From Lachnospiraceae bacterium (lineage in GTDB: Bacteria > Bacillota > Clostridia > Lachnospirales > Lachnospiraceae): a DNA stretch of 64,000 bases. The translations under genes and the position numbers were made by a program. Positions 19,060-30,308 of this stretch are shown in pieces (the first letter of the stretch is position 1; every line of letters begins with the position of its first letter). The stretch lies in NCBI GenBank assembly GCA_024694965.1, contig JAILJC010000180.1, positions 37,031 through 101,030 of the forward strand, given 5' to 3'. The notes below the pieces were generated by a model. It made no database searches. It saw only the letters and a program-made list of their open reading frames with translations, and had not been told where the DNA came from.

Positions 19060-20364
19060 ATGCCACAATACTACCAGCCCGAGATAGAGACCGCGTCGAG
19101 GGATGAGATCGTTAAGATCCAGAATGAGAAGCTTGTCAAGCAGGTCAGGCACGTATACGACAATGTCGCATATTACCGCGATCTGATGGATAAGAAGGGT
19201 GTAAAACCCGAGGACATACAAAGCATAGACGACATACACAAGCTCCCCTTCCTTAAGAAGGATGATCTCAGGGAATGTTATCCTTACGGATTACTTGCGA
19301 CCGATCTTAAGAACTGTGTAAGGATCCAGTCAACATCCGGTACTACGGGCAAGCGGGTAGTTGCATTTTATACCCAGCATGATATCGACCTGTGGGAAGA
19401 GTGCTGTGCAAGAGCGATAGTTGCCGCAGGCGGAACGAACGAGGATGTTGTGCAGGTATGTTACGGATACGGACTTTTTACCGGTGGCCCCGGCCTTAAT
19501 GGAGGTTCACACAAGGTGGGCTGCCTGACTCTCCCCATGTCTTCCGGAAACACGGAGCGCCAGATTCAGTTCATGATGGACCTAAACGCCACCATTTTAT
19601 GCTGTACACCTAGTTACGCCGCTTTTATAGCAGAGTCGTTAAAGGAGAGGGGTTACAATCCCGGTGACAATAAGCTTAAGGCAGGAATATTCGGCGCCGA
19701 ACCCTGGACCGAGGAAATGAGGCATTCTATCGAAGAGGGACTGGGGATAAAGGCATACGATATATACGGACTTACGGAGACTAGCGGTCCCGGTGTTGCA
19801 TTTGAGTGCAGCGAGCAGTCGGGAATGCATATAAACGAGGATCATTTCTATGCGGAGATAATCAATCCCGATACGGGAGAGGTGCTTCCCGAGGGAGAAA
19901 AGGGTGAGCTCGTGTTCACCGCACTTGATAAGGAAGCATTTCCGCTGCTCCGTTACAGGACGAGGGACATATGCGTACTTACCAGAGGCAAGTGTTCGTG
20001 CGGAAGGACACATGTTAAGATGTGCAAGCCCATGGGCAGGAGCGATGATATGCTTATCATCCGCGGCGTAAATGTATTCCCGAGCCAGATCGAAACGGTC
20101 CTTCTTAATGAAGGTTATTCGCCGAATTACATGATCTATGTTGACAGGAAGAATAATACGGACACCTTGGACATCGATGTTGAGCTTTCACCCGATCGGT
20201 TCTCGGATAATGTTGCGGACATGCAGGAGATGGAGAAGAAGCTTGCGGCCGCGATGCGTACGATGTTAGGTATCGGTCCCAAGATCCATCTCGTACCGCC
20301 CAAGACTATTCAGCGAAGTGAAGGCAAGGCGGTCCGCGTAGTCGATAACAGAAAGCTTCATTAA
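19060..20364 (+). CDS. paaK: Phenylacetate-CoA ligase family adenylate-forming enzyme
   Basis: SSGTTGK P-loop-like motif and YGLTE. Typical PaaK length from ATG 19060, which follows AAAGGAGA. Confidence 0.85.
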   Translation: MPQYYQPEIETASRDEIVKIQNEKLVKQVRHVYDNVAYYRDLMDKKGVKPEDIQSIDDIHKLPFLKKDDLRECYPYGLLATDLKNCVRIQSTSGTTGKRVVAFYTQHDIDLWEECCARAIVAAGGTNEDVVQVCYGYGLFTGGPGLNGGSHKVGCLTLPMSSGNTERQIQFMMDLNATILCCTPSYAAFIAESLKERGYNPGDNKLKAGIFGAEPWTEEMRHSIEEGLGIKAYDIYGLTETSGPGVAFECSEQSGMHINEDHFYAEIINPDTGEVLPEGEKGELVFTALDKEAFPLLRYRTRDICVLTRGKCSCGRTHVKMCKPMGRSDDMLIIRGVNVFPSQIETVLLNEGYSPNYMIYVDRKNNTDTLDIDVELSPDRFSDNVADMQEMEKKLAAAMRTMLGIGPKIHLVPPKTIQRSEGKAVRVVDNRKLH

Positions 20365-20376
20365 TGGGAGGGTCAT

Positions 20377-20802
20377 ATGGCTGTTAAACAATTATCGATC
20401 TTTATTGAGAATAAGCACGGAAGGCTGTCTGAGGCTATCAAAGGCATATCGGAATCGGATATCAACATAAGGGCACTTAGTATCGGTGATTCCAGTGATT
20501 ACGGCATTGTAAGGATGATAGTATCGGACCTTGAGAAGGCAAGGAACCTGCTTGGAGAGAACATACTCAGCAAGGTTACGAGCGTTGTTGCCGTCAAGAT
20601 GGATGATAAGGGCGGCGCACTTTATAAGATATTAAGGGCTCTTGAGGAAGCGGAGATAAATGTGAAGTATACATATGCATTTACTTCAAACAAACAGCTC
20701 GGGGCATATGTTGTACTCAGGGTTGATGATGTGGAGGCTACGGAGAAGCTGCTTGCGGATAAGGGTTTCGTACTTGCAACTGATGAAGAGATAAGAGCTT
20801 AG
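20377..20802 (+). CDS. ACT-domain protein (usual partner of PaaK-like ligases)
   Basis: Two ACT-like halves in 141 aa. Sits immediately downstream of paaK. Confidence 0.75.
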   Translation: MAVKQLSIFIENKHGRLSEAIKGISESDINIRALSIGDSSDYGIVRMIVSDLEKARNLLGENILSKVTSVVAVKMDDKGGALYKILRALEEAEINVKYTYAFTSNKQLGAYVVLRVDDVEATEKLLADKGFVLATDEEIRA

Positions 20803-20837
20803 TAACAAGGGGTAAATTGATTAAAGAGGGGAAAAAC

Positions 20838-22319
20838 ATGGGAATACTTAAGATCTTCAAAAAAGGAAAGAAAGAAATAAACGAGGATGCCATCGATAAC
20901 AGCCGGTTCGGTGAGTTTGATGACGGAATAGTGGGCGAGGTTGAACATGGCGGCCCGGTTTCGGATGATGATGAGGACGATGAAGTTTTCGAGCCCGGAC
21001 AATGTTCGTTTGTAATGGGCATTCTGGATGTAAAGCCCGTCCCCGATACCACAAACCTCGCAGTTTCGGGAAATATCAAGGGAAGCGTGGTCGTAAACAC
21101 GATCATCTCGGCCATTAATTTCGGCGATGATGAAAAGCAGGCCGTAATGACGACGGTGACCGGGATACAGGTTGAGGAGCAGATGAAGGATCATGCTACC
21201 GACTGTAATGTGACTCTTATCCTTGAAGATGCCAGGGAGCTTGATATAGGCGTAGGAACCGTGCTTTATACAAGGGATATGGGCGAGGACAGCATCCATG
21301 ATGCCTATGTGGGTGCCCTTGGGGATGCATATGTCAGGGAGCGTTCACTTAAGCTGACGGTTGAGGAGATCCAGGGCTTAAGCCTTACGGACTGTGCCGA
21401 GATATGGCGCCTAAATGCATGGTATATGGGCCATGCGGGCAAGGATGAAGATGATGAGGTTAAGGAAGACCGCCGCAAGAGGCTTGATAAGCTGATCGCC
21501 GCCATGTGCGATAAGATAATAAAGGCGGATGAGATCTACTACGTTCACGACAAGAAGACGGGTGAGGCGCATCTTTTCTCACAGACAATAGACAAGGGCG
21601 ACGGATCGTTCATATGTACTCCGCCAAATATACTGATAGTGACCAAGGCATATCGCAGGCATTACAGAAAGGTTTACGGAAGTGACAAGCTTGAACTCGC
21701 GGTTGTAAGGAACGGAGACGACAAGAAGGGAATAGGCAATTTCCTGGCCGGTAATTTTTATATAAACGGGGCCTGCGGAGCTGCAATAAATGTGGTTCAG
21801 ACATCCATAGCAGCGGGAATGCTGGTTAAAAAGCCCGATCATAAGGGAATACCTGTTACAAATATCCCGGTGACCAATCCCGATCTTGTACGCTGGATGC
21901 TTCTTATAGGCCAGATGGATGCTCCGAAGGACGACAAGGATGATACGGCTCTGATATTTAAGCTCTATTACAGGTTTATGGGTATAGAAATGACCAAGGC
22001 CAAGCTCATCATTCCCATGAAGCATGAGGGCGATGCCGACGAAAACGGCAAGGCTGCACACGATAATGACTTCAACCCCGCCATTGCAACCATGAAGGGC
22101 AAGGGCGAAAGGGATGCCGTCATTATGTATACGGACTGGCGCAGGTTAAGGTCTGAGTACGGCAAGGAGTGGGACGGAATGATCCATACGATAGGCGGGC
22201 TCATAGGTAAGTTTGACTGTGCCGTTAATCCTACGAGGTTTCCGGCAGCAGGAGCTTATATTACCGGTAAGATGTATGAAAACATGGTCGACATGGTTAA
22301 GCAGGAGAAGAACAGCTGA
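20838..22319 (+). CDS. Hypothetical protein, possibly with an SseB-like C-terminal domain
   Basis: Clean 493-aa ORF from ATG 20838 after AGAGGGG. The family call rests on weak motif resemblance only. Confidence 0.45.
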   Translation: MGILKIFKKGKKEINEDAIDNSRFGEFDDGIVGEVEHGGPVSDDDEDDEVFEPGQCSFVMGILDVKPVPDTTNLAVSGNIKGSVVVNTIISAINFGDDEKQAVMTTVTGIQVEEQMKDHATDCNVTLILEDARELDIGVGTVLYTRDMGEDSIHDAYVGALGDAYVRERSLKLTVEEIQGLSLTDCAEIWRLNAWYMGHAGKDEDDEVKEDRRKRLDKLIAAMCDKIIKADEIYYVHDKKTGEAHLFSQTIDKGDGSFICTPPNILIVTKAYRRHYRKVYGSDKLELAVVRNGDDKKGIGNFLAGNFYINGACGAAINVVQTSIAAGMLVKKPDHKGIPVTNIPVTNPDLVRWMLLIGQMDAPKDDKDDTALIFKLYYRFMGIEMTKAKLIIPMKHEGDADENGKAAHDNDFNPAIATMKGKGERDAVIMYTDWRRLRSEYGKEWDGMIHTIGGLIGKFDCAVNPTRFPAAGAYITGKMYENMVDMVKQEKNS

Positions 22320-22365
22320 TAGGTCGGCCTGTTAATAAAGAGTTTCAAACAGGAGGAAGGAAATA

Positions 22366-23502
22366 ATGAAAAAGAGAATAATAGCGGTTATGATGTGTGC
22401 GGCGATGGTACTTACCATGGCAGGCTGCGGCGGAGCAAAGAGCAGCTCCGGCTCGGGAAGCGGACTTAAGATCGCAATAGTAAGTTCACCTTCAGGCGTT
22501 GACGATGGCTCGTTTAACCAGGAAAACTATAACGGAATACTCAGCTTCATCGAGGCTCATCCGGATTCAACCGTAACACCGGTTCAGGAAACAACCGGAG
22601 ATACGGCTGCCTGCCTTAAGGCGGTCAGCGATATAGTTGCCGATTATGATGCGATCGTGTGCGACGGCTTCCAGTTTGCCGGAATAGGCGATATTGCAAA
22701 GGATAATCCGGATAAGAAATTCATACTTGTTGATTCGTATCCCAGTGATGCCGATGGAAACGAGATAGAAGTCGATAATGTATATGCAATGCAGTTTAAG
22801 GAGCAGGAGAGCGGTTTCCTTGCCGGAATGGCTGCGGCACTTACGACAAGTACGGGCAAGGTTGCGGTTGTAAACGGTATAGCTTATCCTTCAAACGTAA
22901 ACTATCAGTACGGTTTTATGTCGGGTGTAAATTACACCAACAAGCACTATGGAACGACAGCCGAGATAGTTGAACTTGCTTCATATGCAGGTACCGATGT
23001 TACCGGAGCAAATGTAGGCGGTAATTACGTGGGTTCTTTCGCGGATCCCGCAAACGGCAAGGTTATCGGTGATGCTCTTATCAAGGAAGGCTGCGATGTC
23101 ATCTTTGTAGCTGCCGGAAGTTCGGGTAACGGCGTATTTACGGCAGTCAAGGAGAGCAGCGAGAAGGATTATGTTATAGGCTGTGATACAGATCAGTATG
23201 ATGACGGTGCTAACGGAAGTGAGAATGTTATCCTTACCTCAGGACTTAAGGTAATGGGAATAAATGATAAGAGGGTGCTTGAAACTGTGCTTGACGGCTC
23301 ATTTAAGGGCGGCAATTATCTGCTTGGTGCCGATACCGATTCAACCGGTTATGTGAATGCATCGGGAAGGAACCAGTTAAGTGCGGATGCGATAGAAAAG
23401 ATCGATAAGGCATACCAGCTTATCAAGGATGGTAAGATAGTTCCGGCAGCTAACTTCAACGGACTTACACCTGATAACTTTACGGGTATCGATGTTGAAT
23501 AA
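22366..23502 (+). CDS. BMP-family (PnrA/Med-like) ABC transporter substrate-binding lipoprotein
   Basis: Lipobox MAGCGG. BMP-family pattern. Followed by a duplicated-ABC ATPase and two permeases. Confidence 0.85.
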   Translation: MKKRIIAVMMCAAMVLTMAGCGGAKSSSGSGSGLKIAIVSSPSGVDDGSFNQENYNGILSFIEAHPDSTVTPVQETTGDTAACLKAVSDIVADYDAIVCDGFQFAGIGDIAKDNPDKKFILVDSYPSDADGNEIEVDNVYAMQFKEQESGFLAGMAAALTTSTGKVAVVNGIAYPSNVNYQYGFMSGVNYTNKHYGTTAEIVELASYAGTDVTGANVGGNYVGSFADPANGKVIGDALIKEGCDVIFVAAGSSGNGVFTAVKESSEKDYVIGCDTDQYDDGANGSENVILTSGLKVMGINDKRVLETVLDGSFKGGNYLLGADTDSTGYVNASGRNQLSADAIEKIDKAYQLIKDGKIVPAANFNGLTPDNFTGIDVE

Positions 23503-23517
23503 TTGACGTTTATCCGA

Positions 23518-23548
23518 GGCGGCAGGCTTTTTGGGCTGCCGCCTTTTT
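23518..23548 (+). terminator. Intra-operon hairpin/attenuating terminator after the binding-protein gene
   Basis: GGCGGCAG-loop-CTGCCGCC followed by TTTTT. Confidence 0.55.
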
Positions 23549-23580
23549 AATAGAAACTTATAGTTGAAAGGGAAATCTAT

Positions 23581-25167
23581 ATGACTGATCCTGAAAGCAT
23601 CGTTAACACGGAAACGGAAACGATCGAACCTGAATACATCGTTGAAATGAAGCACATAACCAAGCGCTTCCCTGGGATCGTTGCAAATGACGATGTATCC
23701 CTTAGCATTAAGAAGGGTGAGATATTTGCCCTTCTTGGTGAGAACGGTGCGGGAAAATCGACCATAATGAGTATTCTGTTCGGTATGTACGAGCCTGACG
23801 AGGGGGAGATATTCATACGCGGTACCCATGTTAACATAACATCACCGCGCTATGCCACTACACTCGGGATAGGCATGGTACACCAGCATTTCAAGCTGGT
23901 ATCAAATTATACCGTTGCCGAAAACATAATACTTGGCCTGGAGCCTAAAAAGAAACTTGCCGGCTTTCTGCCCAAAGTGGATATTGAAAAGGCTAACAGG
24001 GATATAGCCGAATTATCCGAAAAATACAAGTTAAAAGTCGATCCGACATCTGTGATAAGCGACCTTAATGTATCCACCCAGCAGCGTGTAGAGATACTTA
24101 AGATGCTTTACAGGGACGCCGAGATCCTGATATTCGATGAACCTACCGCGGTACTTACGCCCCAGGAGATAATCTTTCTTCTTGAGATAATCAGGAACTT
24201 ACGGGACAGCGGAAAGACTGTCATCATAATCACACATAAGCTTGAAGAGATAAAAGCCATAGCCGACAGATGCGCCATACTTAACAGGGGCAGGCTTATC
24301 GATGTTAAGGACGTAGCCGAAACTTCTACTTCGGAAATGGCCAGGCTTATGGTTGGCCGGGAGGTATCATTTACCGTTGAAAAAGAAAAGGCGGATCCGG
24401 GTGACACCGTCCTTAAGGTCGAAGGCCTTACGGTATGCAATGATGTGGGATATGAGGCCGTTAAGGACGTATCTTTTGAGATACATTCCGGTGAGATATT
24501 CGCACTTGCCGGAGTTTCGGGAAACGGCCAGAACGAGCTCGCAGATGCGATCGCAGGGATAGATAAGGCTAAATCGGGTCACATTTTCCTAAACGGAAAG
24601 GATATAACGGGCATGTCCATCCGCCAGCGTGTGGAGGAAGGGCTTGCTTATATACCGGAGGACAGGCAGAACGTTGGTCTGGTACTAGGTTTTACATTAA
24701 GCGACAACCTTGCCCTTAAGAATTATTATACGGCGGCTTTTTCACAAAAAGGCGTTTTGAACGATGAAGCCCTTAACAGTAACGGAGAAAGGCTCATTGA
24801 AGAATATGATATAAGATGCTCTAAAGGCAATAGAACAACGGTCAGTTCCATGTCGGGAGGCAACCAGCAGAAAGCTATTGTTGCCAGGGAAATCGACATG
24901 AAAGGAAAGCTCATTATTTTCATGCAGCCCACAAGGGGTCTTGATGTAGGGGCGATAGCAAATATCCATAAGCAGATAGTTGCCGAGCGTGACAGGGGAG
25001 CGGCAGTGCTTCTCATTTCACTTGAACTCGATGAAGTGATGGGCCTTGCAGATACTATAGGTGTAATATATGACGGGCGGATAAACAGGATAGCTGATGC
25101 TTCGGAGCTTACCGTGGATGATGTGGGCCTGTTTATGCTTGGCGTTGGGAAGGGGGTAGTTAAATGA
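23581..25167 (+). CDS. ABC transporter ATP-binding protein with duplicated ABC domains (nucleoside/sugar type)
   Basis: Walker A motifs GENGAGKST and GVSGNGQNE, and signatures VSTQQRVEI and MSGGNQQK. Confidence 0.9.
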   Translation: MTDPESIVNTETETIEPEYIVEMKHITKRFPGIVANDDVSLSIKKGEIFALLGENGAGKSTIMSILFGMYEPDEGEIFIRGTHVNITSPRYATTLGIGMVHQHFKLVSNYTVAENIILGLEPKKKLAGFLPKVDIEKANRDIAELSEKYKLKVDPTSVISDLNVSTQQRVEILKMLYRDAEILIFDEPTAVLTPQEIIFLLEIIRNLRDSGKTVIIITHKLEEIKAIADRCAILNRGRLIDVKDVAETSTSEMARLMVGREVSFTVEKEKADPGDTVLKVEGLTVCNDVGYEAVKDVSFEIHSGEIFALAGVSGNGQNELADAIAGIDKAKSGHIFLNGKDITGMSIRQRVEEGLAYIPEDRQNVGLVLGFTLSDNLALKNYYTAAFSQKGVLNDEALNSNGERLIEEYDIRCSKGNRTTVSSMSGGNQQKAIVAREIDMKGKLIIFMQPTRGLDVGAIANIHKQIVAERDRGAAVLLISLELDEVMGLADTIGVIYDGRINRIADASELTVDDVGLFMLGVGKGVVK

Positions 25168-26282
25168 AGGACCTTATGGTTAAGCTGCTTGGCGGCGAAA
25201 AGCGCCAGATGTTCCGCATATCCGTCTTTGCGATAATAATAAGCCTTATTGTGGGTTCCGTAATATTCATCTTTATCGGTAAAAATCCGTTTTCGGCATA
25301 CGGTAATCTGCTGCAGGGCGCCGGTCTTCTGCCAAAGAGATCATATGCGGGAAGGCAGAGCCTGTTTACGGATTTCATGAGTTTTCTTGATGCCCTTACA
25401 CCAATGATCTTTGCATCTTTGGCCGTGGCGGTAGCATTAAAGGGCGGACTGTTCAATATCGGTGTATCAGGTATGATGCTGGCATCGGGCTTTCTGGCAA
25501 GTGTATTTGTGGGCATGTCGGGGCTTTCGGCACCCATAGCCAAGCCGCTTGTGATAATCATAGGCTTAGCAGCCGGCAGCCTGGTCGGAGGACTTATCGG
25601 CTGGCTTAAGTACAGGTTCAATATTAACGAAGTTGTGTCATCGATAATGCTGAATTATACGTTGATGTATATTTTCACATTTTTCATTAATACATTTTAT
25701 GTAAACCCCGTTTCGAGACAGAGCGAGCCGATAAGCGATGCATCAAGGCTTACGCTTGTGGATGTCAACGCATTCGGCCTTAAGTTTAATATTCCTCTTG
25801 CATTTCCTCTCGCGGTTCTTTCGGCGGTATTTATAAAGTTTGTAATGGACAGGACAACGACGGGATTTGAGATAAAGGCAGTCGGGCTAAGCCGGAGGGC
25901 TGCCGAGTATGCGGGTATAAGCATCAGAAGCAATATAATAAAGACCATGCTGATCTCCGGTGCGCTTTCCGGCATGGCGGGAGTTACTTATTTCTGCGGA
26001 TATTTTGGCTCAATACAACCTGGCGTAGTCCCGAGCATGGGATTTAATGCGATAGCTGTAGCACTTTTGGGAAACAGCGATCCTTTGGGATGTATGCTCG
26101 CCTCATTTCTTATCACTGTAATATCAAAGGGTTCTATATATTTAAGCAGCCAGCAGGGTATTGAGATCGAGATAGCGGATCTGATAACTGCGGTGATCCT
26201 TATTTTCGCGGCTTGCAGTGAGTTCATCAGGATGTATGTTACAAGGGCGGCCGCCGAGAAAGCTCAGGCAAAGGGGGTTTAG
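25164..26282 (+). CDS. ABC transporter permease (BMP-type system)
   Basis: Polytopic membrane protein with a 4-nt overlap to the ATPase gene. Confidence 0.85.
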   Translation: MKDLMVKLLGGEKRQMFRISVFAIIISLIVGSVIFIFIGKNPFSAYGNLLQGAGLLPKRSYAGRQSLFTDFMSFLDALTPMIFASLAVAVALKGGLFNIGVSGMMLASGFLASVFVGMSGLSAPIAKPLVIIIGLAAGSLVGGLIGWLKYRFNINEVVSSIMLNYTLMYIFTFFINTFYVNPVSRQSEPISDASRLTLVDVNAFGLKFNIPLAFPLAVLSAVFIKFVMDRTTTGFEIKAVGLSRRAAEYAGISIRSNIIKTMLISGALSGMAGVTYFCGYFGSIQPGVVPSMGFNAIAVALLGNSDPLGCMLASFLITVISKGSIYLSSQQGIEIEIADLITAVILIFAACSEFIRMYVTRAAAEKAQAKGV

Positions 26283-26286
26283 GATC

Positions 26287-27249
26287 ATGATAAATACGAT
26301 GATAATAGACGGTCTGGCATTTGCGCTTCCCATGTTTATAATGGCTATAGGCGGTATATTCAGCGAAAAGAGCGGGATCACAAATCTGGCGATAGAGGGC
26401 CTGCAGGGTTTTGGCGCCTTTTTCGGAGGATTGGCCGCAGTTCTCATAATGCAGGTTTCCGGCATTAATTCGAACGTTCCCTACTATGTATCGTTTCTTG
26501 CCGCAATCCTCGGAGGAATGCTTTATGCCATGGTCCATGTGTGGCTGTGTATTAAGTTCAAGGCAAATCAGGTAATAAGCGGTGTTGTCGTGAATATTCT
26601 TGCAATGGCGCTTACAAGCTTTTTAACAAAGCGCATAAACGAGAGTGTTTTTTCGCAGAAGTCAAACAAGTTTGTGCTTGAGACAAGTATGAGGTTTACT
26701 GTCCCGGGATTGTCAAAGATACCGGTCCTTGGAGCAGTGTTTACAAATGTATATCCTTTTGAAGTGATGATCGTGATCATAGCGGTGGTAACCTGGTATG
26801 TTATGTACAGGACTCCGTACGGCATGCATCTTCGCGCCTGCGGGGACAATCCCCATGCTGCGGATGCAGCCGGTATAGACGTAGATCGCGTGCGTACCAT
26901 AGCGGTGGTACTGTCAGGCGGATTGTCGGCCGTAGGGGGCATGAGTTATGCTTATTCAATTTCGGCCAATTTTTCACCCGATATCTATCTTGGTTTCGGA
27001 TACCTTGCCATAGCGGCTCTTATTTTCGGTAACTGGTCGATACTTCCCACACTTGGGGCCTGCCTTCTTTTCGGATTTGCAAGGAGTGCCGGACAGGCGA
27101 TCATACAGAAACTGGGAATGCCGTCAACTTACAATGACGTGGTACGTATACTGCCTTATGTCCTGACTCTGTTCCTGCTCATTTTCTTCGGAAAAAATAA
27201 CAGGGCGCCCAGGGCACTCGGCGAAATTTATGACAAGGGAAAGAGATAG
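26287..27249 (+). CDS. ABC transporter permease (BMP-type system)
   Basis: Polytopic membrane protein. Start moved to ATG 26287, just after the previous stop. Confidence 0.85.
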   Translation: MINTMIIDGLAFALPMFIMAIGGIFSEKSGITNLAIEGLQGFGAFFGGLAAVLIMQVSGINSNVPYYVSFLAAILGGMLYAMVHVWLCIKFKANQVISGVVVNILAMALTSFLTKRINESVFSQKSNKFVLETSMRFTVPGLSKIPVLGAVFTNVYPFEVMIVIIAVVTWYVMYRTPYGMHLRACGDNPHAADAAGIDVDRVRTIAVVLSGGLSAVGGMSYAYSISANFSPDIYLGFGYLAIAALIFGNWSILPTLGACLLFGFARSAGQAIIQKLGMPSTYNDVVRILPYVLTLFLLIFFGKNNRAPRALGEIYDKGKR

Positions 27250-27265
27250 CGGAGGATGTCGGAAG

Positions 27266-28372
27266 ATGAGAGGGCAGCCTGAAGAAAGATTTATGAGGAG
27301 GGCGATCGGGCTCGCAGCGAACGGGGAAGGTTATGTAAACCCAAATCCGATGGTCGGTGCGGTGGTCGTAAAAGACGGGCGCATCATCGGTGAAGGATAT
27401 CATGAGCGTTTCGGCGGGCTTCATGCGGAGAGAAATGCTCTGGCGTCACTGACCGGATCAGCCGAAGGATCTGATATTTACGTGACTCTTGAGCCTTGCT
27501 GTCATCACGGAAAGACACCACCTTGCACAGAAGCGATAATAGAAAATAAGATCGGCCGGGTCATAATAGGCTCCGCCGACCCTAATCCGCTGGTGTCGGG
27601 GAAGGGAGTTAAACAGCTTCGGGATGCGGGTATCGAGGTGGTCACGGATTTCCTTAAGGATGAGTGTGATGAGCTTAATCCCGTGTTTTTTAAGTATATT
27701 AAGACAGGTCAGCCCTATGTGGTGCTTAAGTATGCGATGACGATGGACGGTAAAATAGCAACCACCACCGGAGAATCCAAGTGGATAACGGGGGAAGAAT
27801 CACGCACGCAGGTCCAGCGGCTTCGGCACAAATATATGGCAATAATGGCGGGGATAGGGACGGTGCTTGCTGATGATCCGATGCTTAATGTTCGGATCGA
27901 CGGTCTTAAAAGCCCTGTCCGCGTGATATGCGATTCGGGACTTAACATACCCATTGATTCAAATATAGTAAATACTGCGGATAAATACCGCACGATCCTG
28001 GCTCATGCGATAAGGGATGAAGAAAGGGAAAAAGCCTTAAGTGACAGGAGCTGTGAGCTGATTTATCTTCCCGGAGGGGATGGCAGGGTAGATATTAAGG
28101 GACTTATATCAAGGCTTGGCGCGGACGGTATAGACAGCGTTCTTATTGAGGGCGGCGGAACACTGAATGACAGCCTGATACGGGAGGGGCTGGCCGACAG
28201 GGTTGAGGTGTTCATTGCACCCAAGATATTTGGTGGAAGGGATGCAAAAACTCCGGTTGAAGGGTCAGGCGTGGCTTCGATAAACGAAGCCGCATTGTAT
28301 GAACTTAAAGAAACAGCATATTACGGAAATGATATTTTGCTTAGTTATGTAAACCAAAACAGTTGTAAATAA
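27266..28372 (+). CDS. ribD: Bifunctional riboflavin biosynthesis deaminase/reductase
   Basis: Deaminase zinc motifs HAE and PCxxC (LEPCCHHGKTPPC), plus a C-terminal reductase domain. GGAGG lies 10 nt upstream of ATG 27266. Confidence 0.92.
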   Translation: MRGQPEERFMRRAIGLAANGEGYVNPNPMVGAVVVKDGRIIGEGYHERFGGLHAERNALASLTGSAEGSDIYVTLEPCCHHGKTPPCTEAIIENKIGRVIIGSADPNPLVSGKGVKQLRDAGIEVVTDFLKDECDELNPVFFKYIKTGQPYVVLKYAMTMDGKIATTTGESKWITGEESRTQVQRLRHKYMAIMAGIGTVLADDPMLNVRIDGLKSPVRVICDSGLNIPIDSNIVNTADKYRTILAHAIRDEEREKALSDRSCELIYLPGGDGRVDIKGLISRLGADGIDSVLIEGGGTLNDSLIREGLADRVEVFIAPKIFGGRDAKTPVEGSGVASINEAALYELKETAYYGNDILLSYVNQNSCK

Positions 28373-28389
28373 CTTCGGAGGACAGGAAA

Positions 28390-29049
28390 TTGTTTACCGG
28401 TATAATTGAGGAACTGGGTACAATTAAAGATATGCCGCCCGCGGGCGTAAGCGGAGCTGTGAGTATCGCCGCATCCAAAGTGCTTGAAGGAACCAAGGTT
28501 GGCGACAGTATCGCGGTAAACGGGATATGCCTAACAGTTACAACACTTTCAACGGACGGATTTACGGCCGATGTAATGCCGGAGACCGTAAGGCGTACTT
28601 CATTATCGATCCTTAAAAGAGGAGATAAGGTTAACCTTGAACGTGCCCTGGCTGTGGGTGGACGTTTCGGAGGACATATAGTTTCCGGACATATAGACGG
28701 TACCGGTAACATAAGGGAGTATAAAAAGGAGGCAAATGCCATATGGGTGACCGTGGCAGCGCCTTCAGACATCCTTCGGCTTATTGTGGAGAAAGGCTCC
28801 ATAGCCATTGACGGCATAAGCCTGACCGTGGCAGCAGTTGATGAAACATCTTTCAAGGTATCGGTGATCCCGCATACGGCACAGGAGACCACGCTGACGC
28901 TGAAACGTCCCGGCGATCCCGTGAATCTTGAAACGGATATAATAGGGAAGTATGTTGAAAAACTGCTGGGAGGAGCATATATAAAAACAGAAGATAAGGG
29001 CACAGCATCGGGAGGATTGACGATGGAAATGCTTGAGGGTCTTTTGTAG
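28390..29049 (+). CDS. ribE: Riboflavin synthase (alpha chain)
   Basis: Starts [10 protein letters not shown]. Internal duplication with [13 protein letters not shown] and [15 protein letters not shown] start. Confidence 0.92.
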   Translation: MFTGIIEELGTIKDMPPAGVSGAVSIAASKVLEGTKVGDSIAVNGICLTVTTLSTDGFTADVMPETVRRTSLSILKRGDKVNLERALAVGGRFGGHIVSGHIDGTGNIREYKKEANAIWVTVAAPSDILRLIVEKGSIAIDGISLTVAAVDETSFKVSVIPHTAQETTLTLKRPGDPVNLETDIIGKYVEKLLGGAYIKTEDKGTASGGLTMEMLEGLL

Positions 29050-29071
29050 ATGTGATAATATACACGTTGTA

Positions 29072-30298
29072 ATGGAAAATGATTCTGGAAGATTTGAATA
29101 CAATTCAATAGAGGAAGCGATCACTGAGCTTCGTGCAGGGCGAATGATCCTTGTCACGGACGATCCCGACAGGGAGAATGAAGGTGACCTTATCTGCGCG
29201 GGTGAGTTTGCTACGCAGGAGAACATAAACTTCATGGCGACCTACGGCAAGGGACTTATCTGTACGCCGATGAGTGCTGAGGTTGCAAAGCGGCTCGGTT
29301 TTCCACAGATGGTGTCCGAGAACACGGACAATCATTGTACGGCTTTTACGATATCGATAGATCATATCAGTACAACGACCGGAATATCGGCTGTCGAGAG
29401 GTCATTTACCATAAGGAAATGCTGTGATGATTCTGCAGGGCCTAATGATTTCCGGCACCCCGGTCACGTATTCCCGCTTACCGCCAGGCATGGGGGAGTA
29501 CTTGTAAGGAACGGACATACGGAAGCCACAGTTGATCTTATGAAGCTTGCGGGCCTTAAGGAAGTAGGCGTTTGCTGTGAGGTTATGGCTGAAGACGGTA
29601 CAATGATGCGTACGAAGGAACTCTGGAAGCTGGCCCGTGAACACGACCTTAAGTTCATTACGATAAGGGAACTTCAAAACTATCTGCATGTTCATGCCAG
29701 GCATGTTGTCAGGGAGGCGGAAGCTGATCTGCCGACCGAATACGGCGAATTCAGGATAGCGGGATACATCAATGATATAACCGGAGAACACCATGTGGCG
29801 CTTATCAAAGGCGATATCGGAAACGGTGAGGATGTGCTCTGCAGGGTACATTCGGAGTGTATGACAGGTGATGTTTTCGGTTCCAAGCGTTGTGACTGCG
29901 GCAAACAGCTTGAACAGGCCATGCGCCAGATCGAGGCTGAGGGCAGGGGAGTTCTCCTTTATATGAGACAGGAAGGCCGTGGTATCGGTCTTATCAACAA
30001 GCTGAAGGCCTATGAACTTCAGGAACAGGGCTATGATACCGTGGAAGCGAACATAAAACTCGGGTTCGCGCCGGATCTCCGTGAGTACTGGGTCGGAGCC
30101 CAGATTCTTGCGGACCTTGGGATAAAGTCACTTCGGCTGCTTACAAATAACCCCGAAAAGGTATACAGCCTTGAAGGATTCGGACTTGAGATAAAGGAAA
30201 GGGTTCCTATAGAGATAGCTCCGCAGGAGTATGATAAATTTTATATGAAGACCAAAAAGGAAAAAATGGGTCATATCTTTAATGAGATAAAGTTATAG
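29072..30298 (+). CDS. ribBA: Bifunctional DHBP synthase / GTP cyclohydrolase II
   Basis: DRENEGDL (RibB) and [18 protein letters not shown] (RibA) motifs. Start at ATG 29072, with a weak RBS. Confidence 0.9.
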   Translation: MENDSGRFEYNSIEEAITELRAGRMILVTDDPDRENEGDLICAGEFATQENINFMATYGKGLICTPMSAEVAKRLGFPQMVSENTDNHCTAFTISIDHISTTTGISAVERSFTIRKCCDDSAGPNDFRHPGHVFPLTARHGGVLVRNGHTEATVDLMKLAGLKEVGVCCEVMAEDGTMMRTKELWKLAREHDLKFITIRELQNYLHVHARHVVREAEADLPTEYGEFRIAGYINDITGEHHVALIKGDIGNGEDVLCRVHSECMTGDVFGSKRCDCGKQLEQAMRQIEAEGRGVLLYMRQEGRGIGLINKLKAYELQEQGYDTVEANIKLGFAPDLREYWVGAQILADLGIKSLRLLTNNPEKVYSLEGFGLEIKERVPIEIAPQEYDKFYMKTKKEKMGHIFNEIKL

Positions 30299-30308
30299 GA
30301 GGAATAAT

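Noticed and set aside
27180-27300. Looked for an FMN (RFN) riboswitch ahead of ribD
   Set aside because: Only 16 nt separate the permease stop from the ribD start, and none of the conserved RFN cores are present. The absence is reported as a finding instead.
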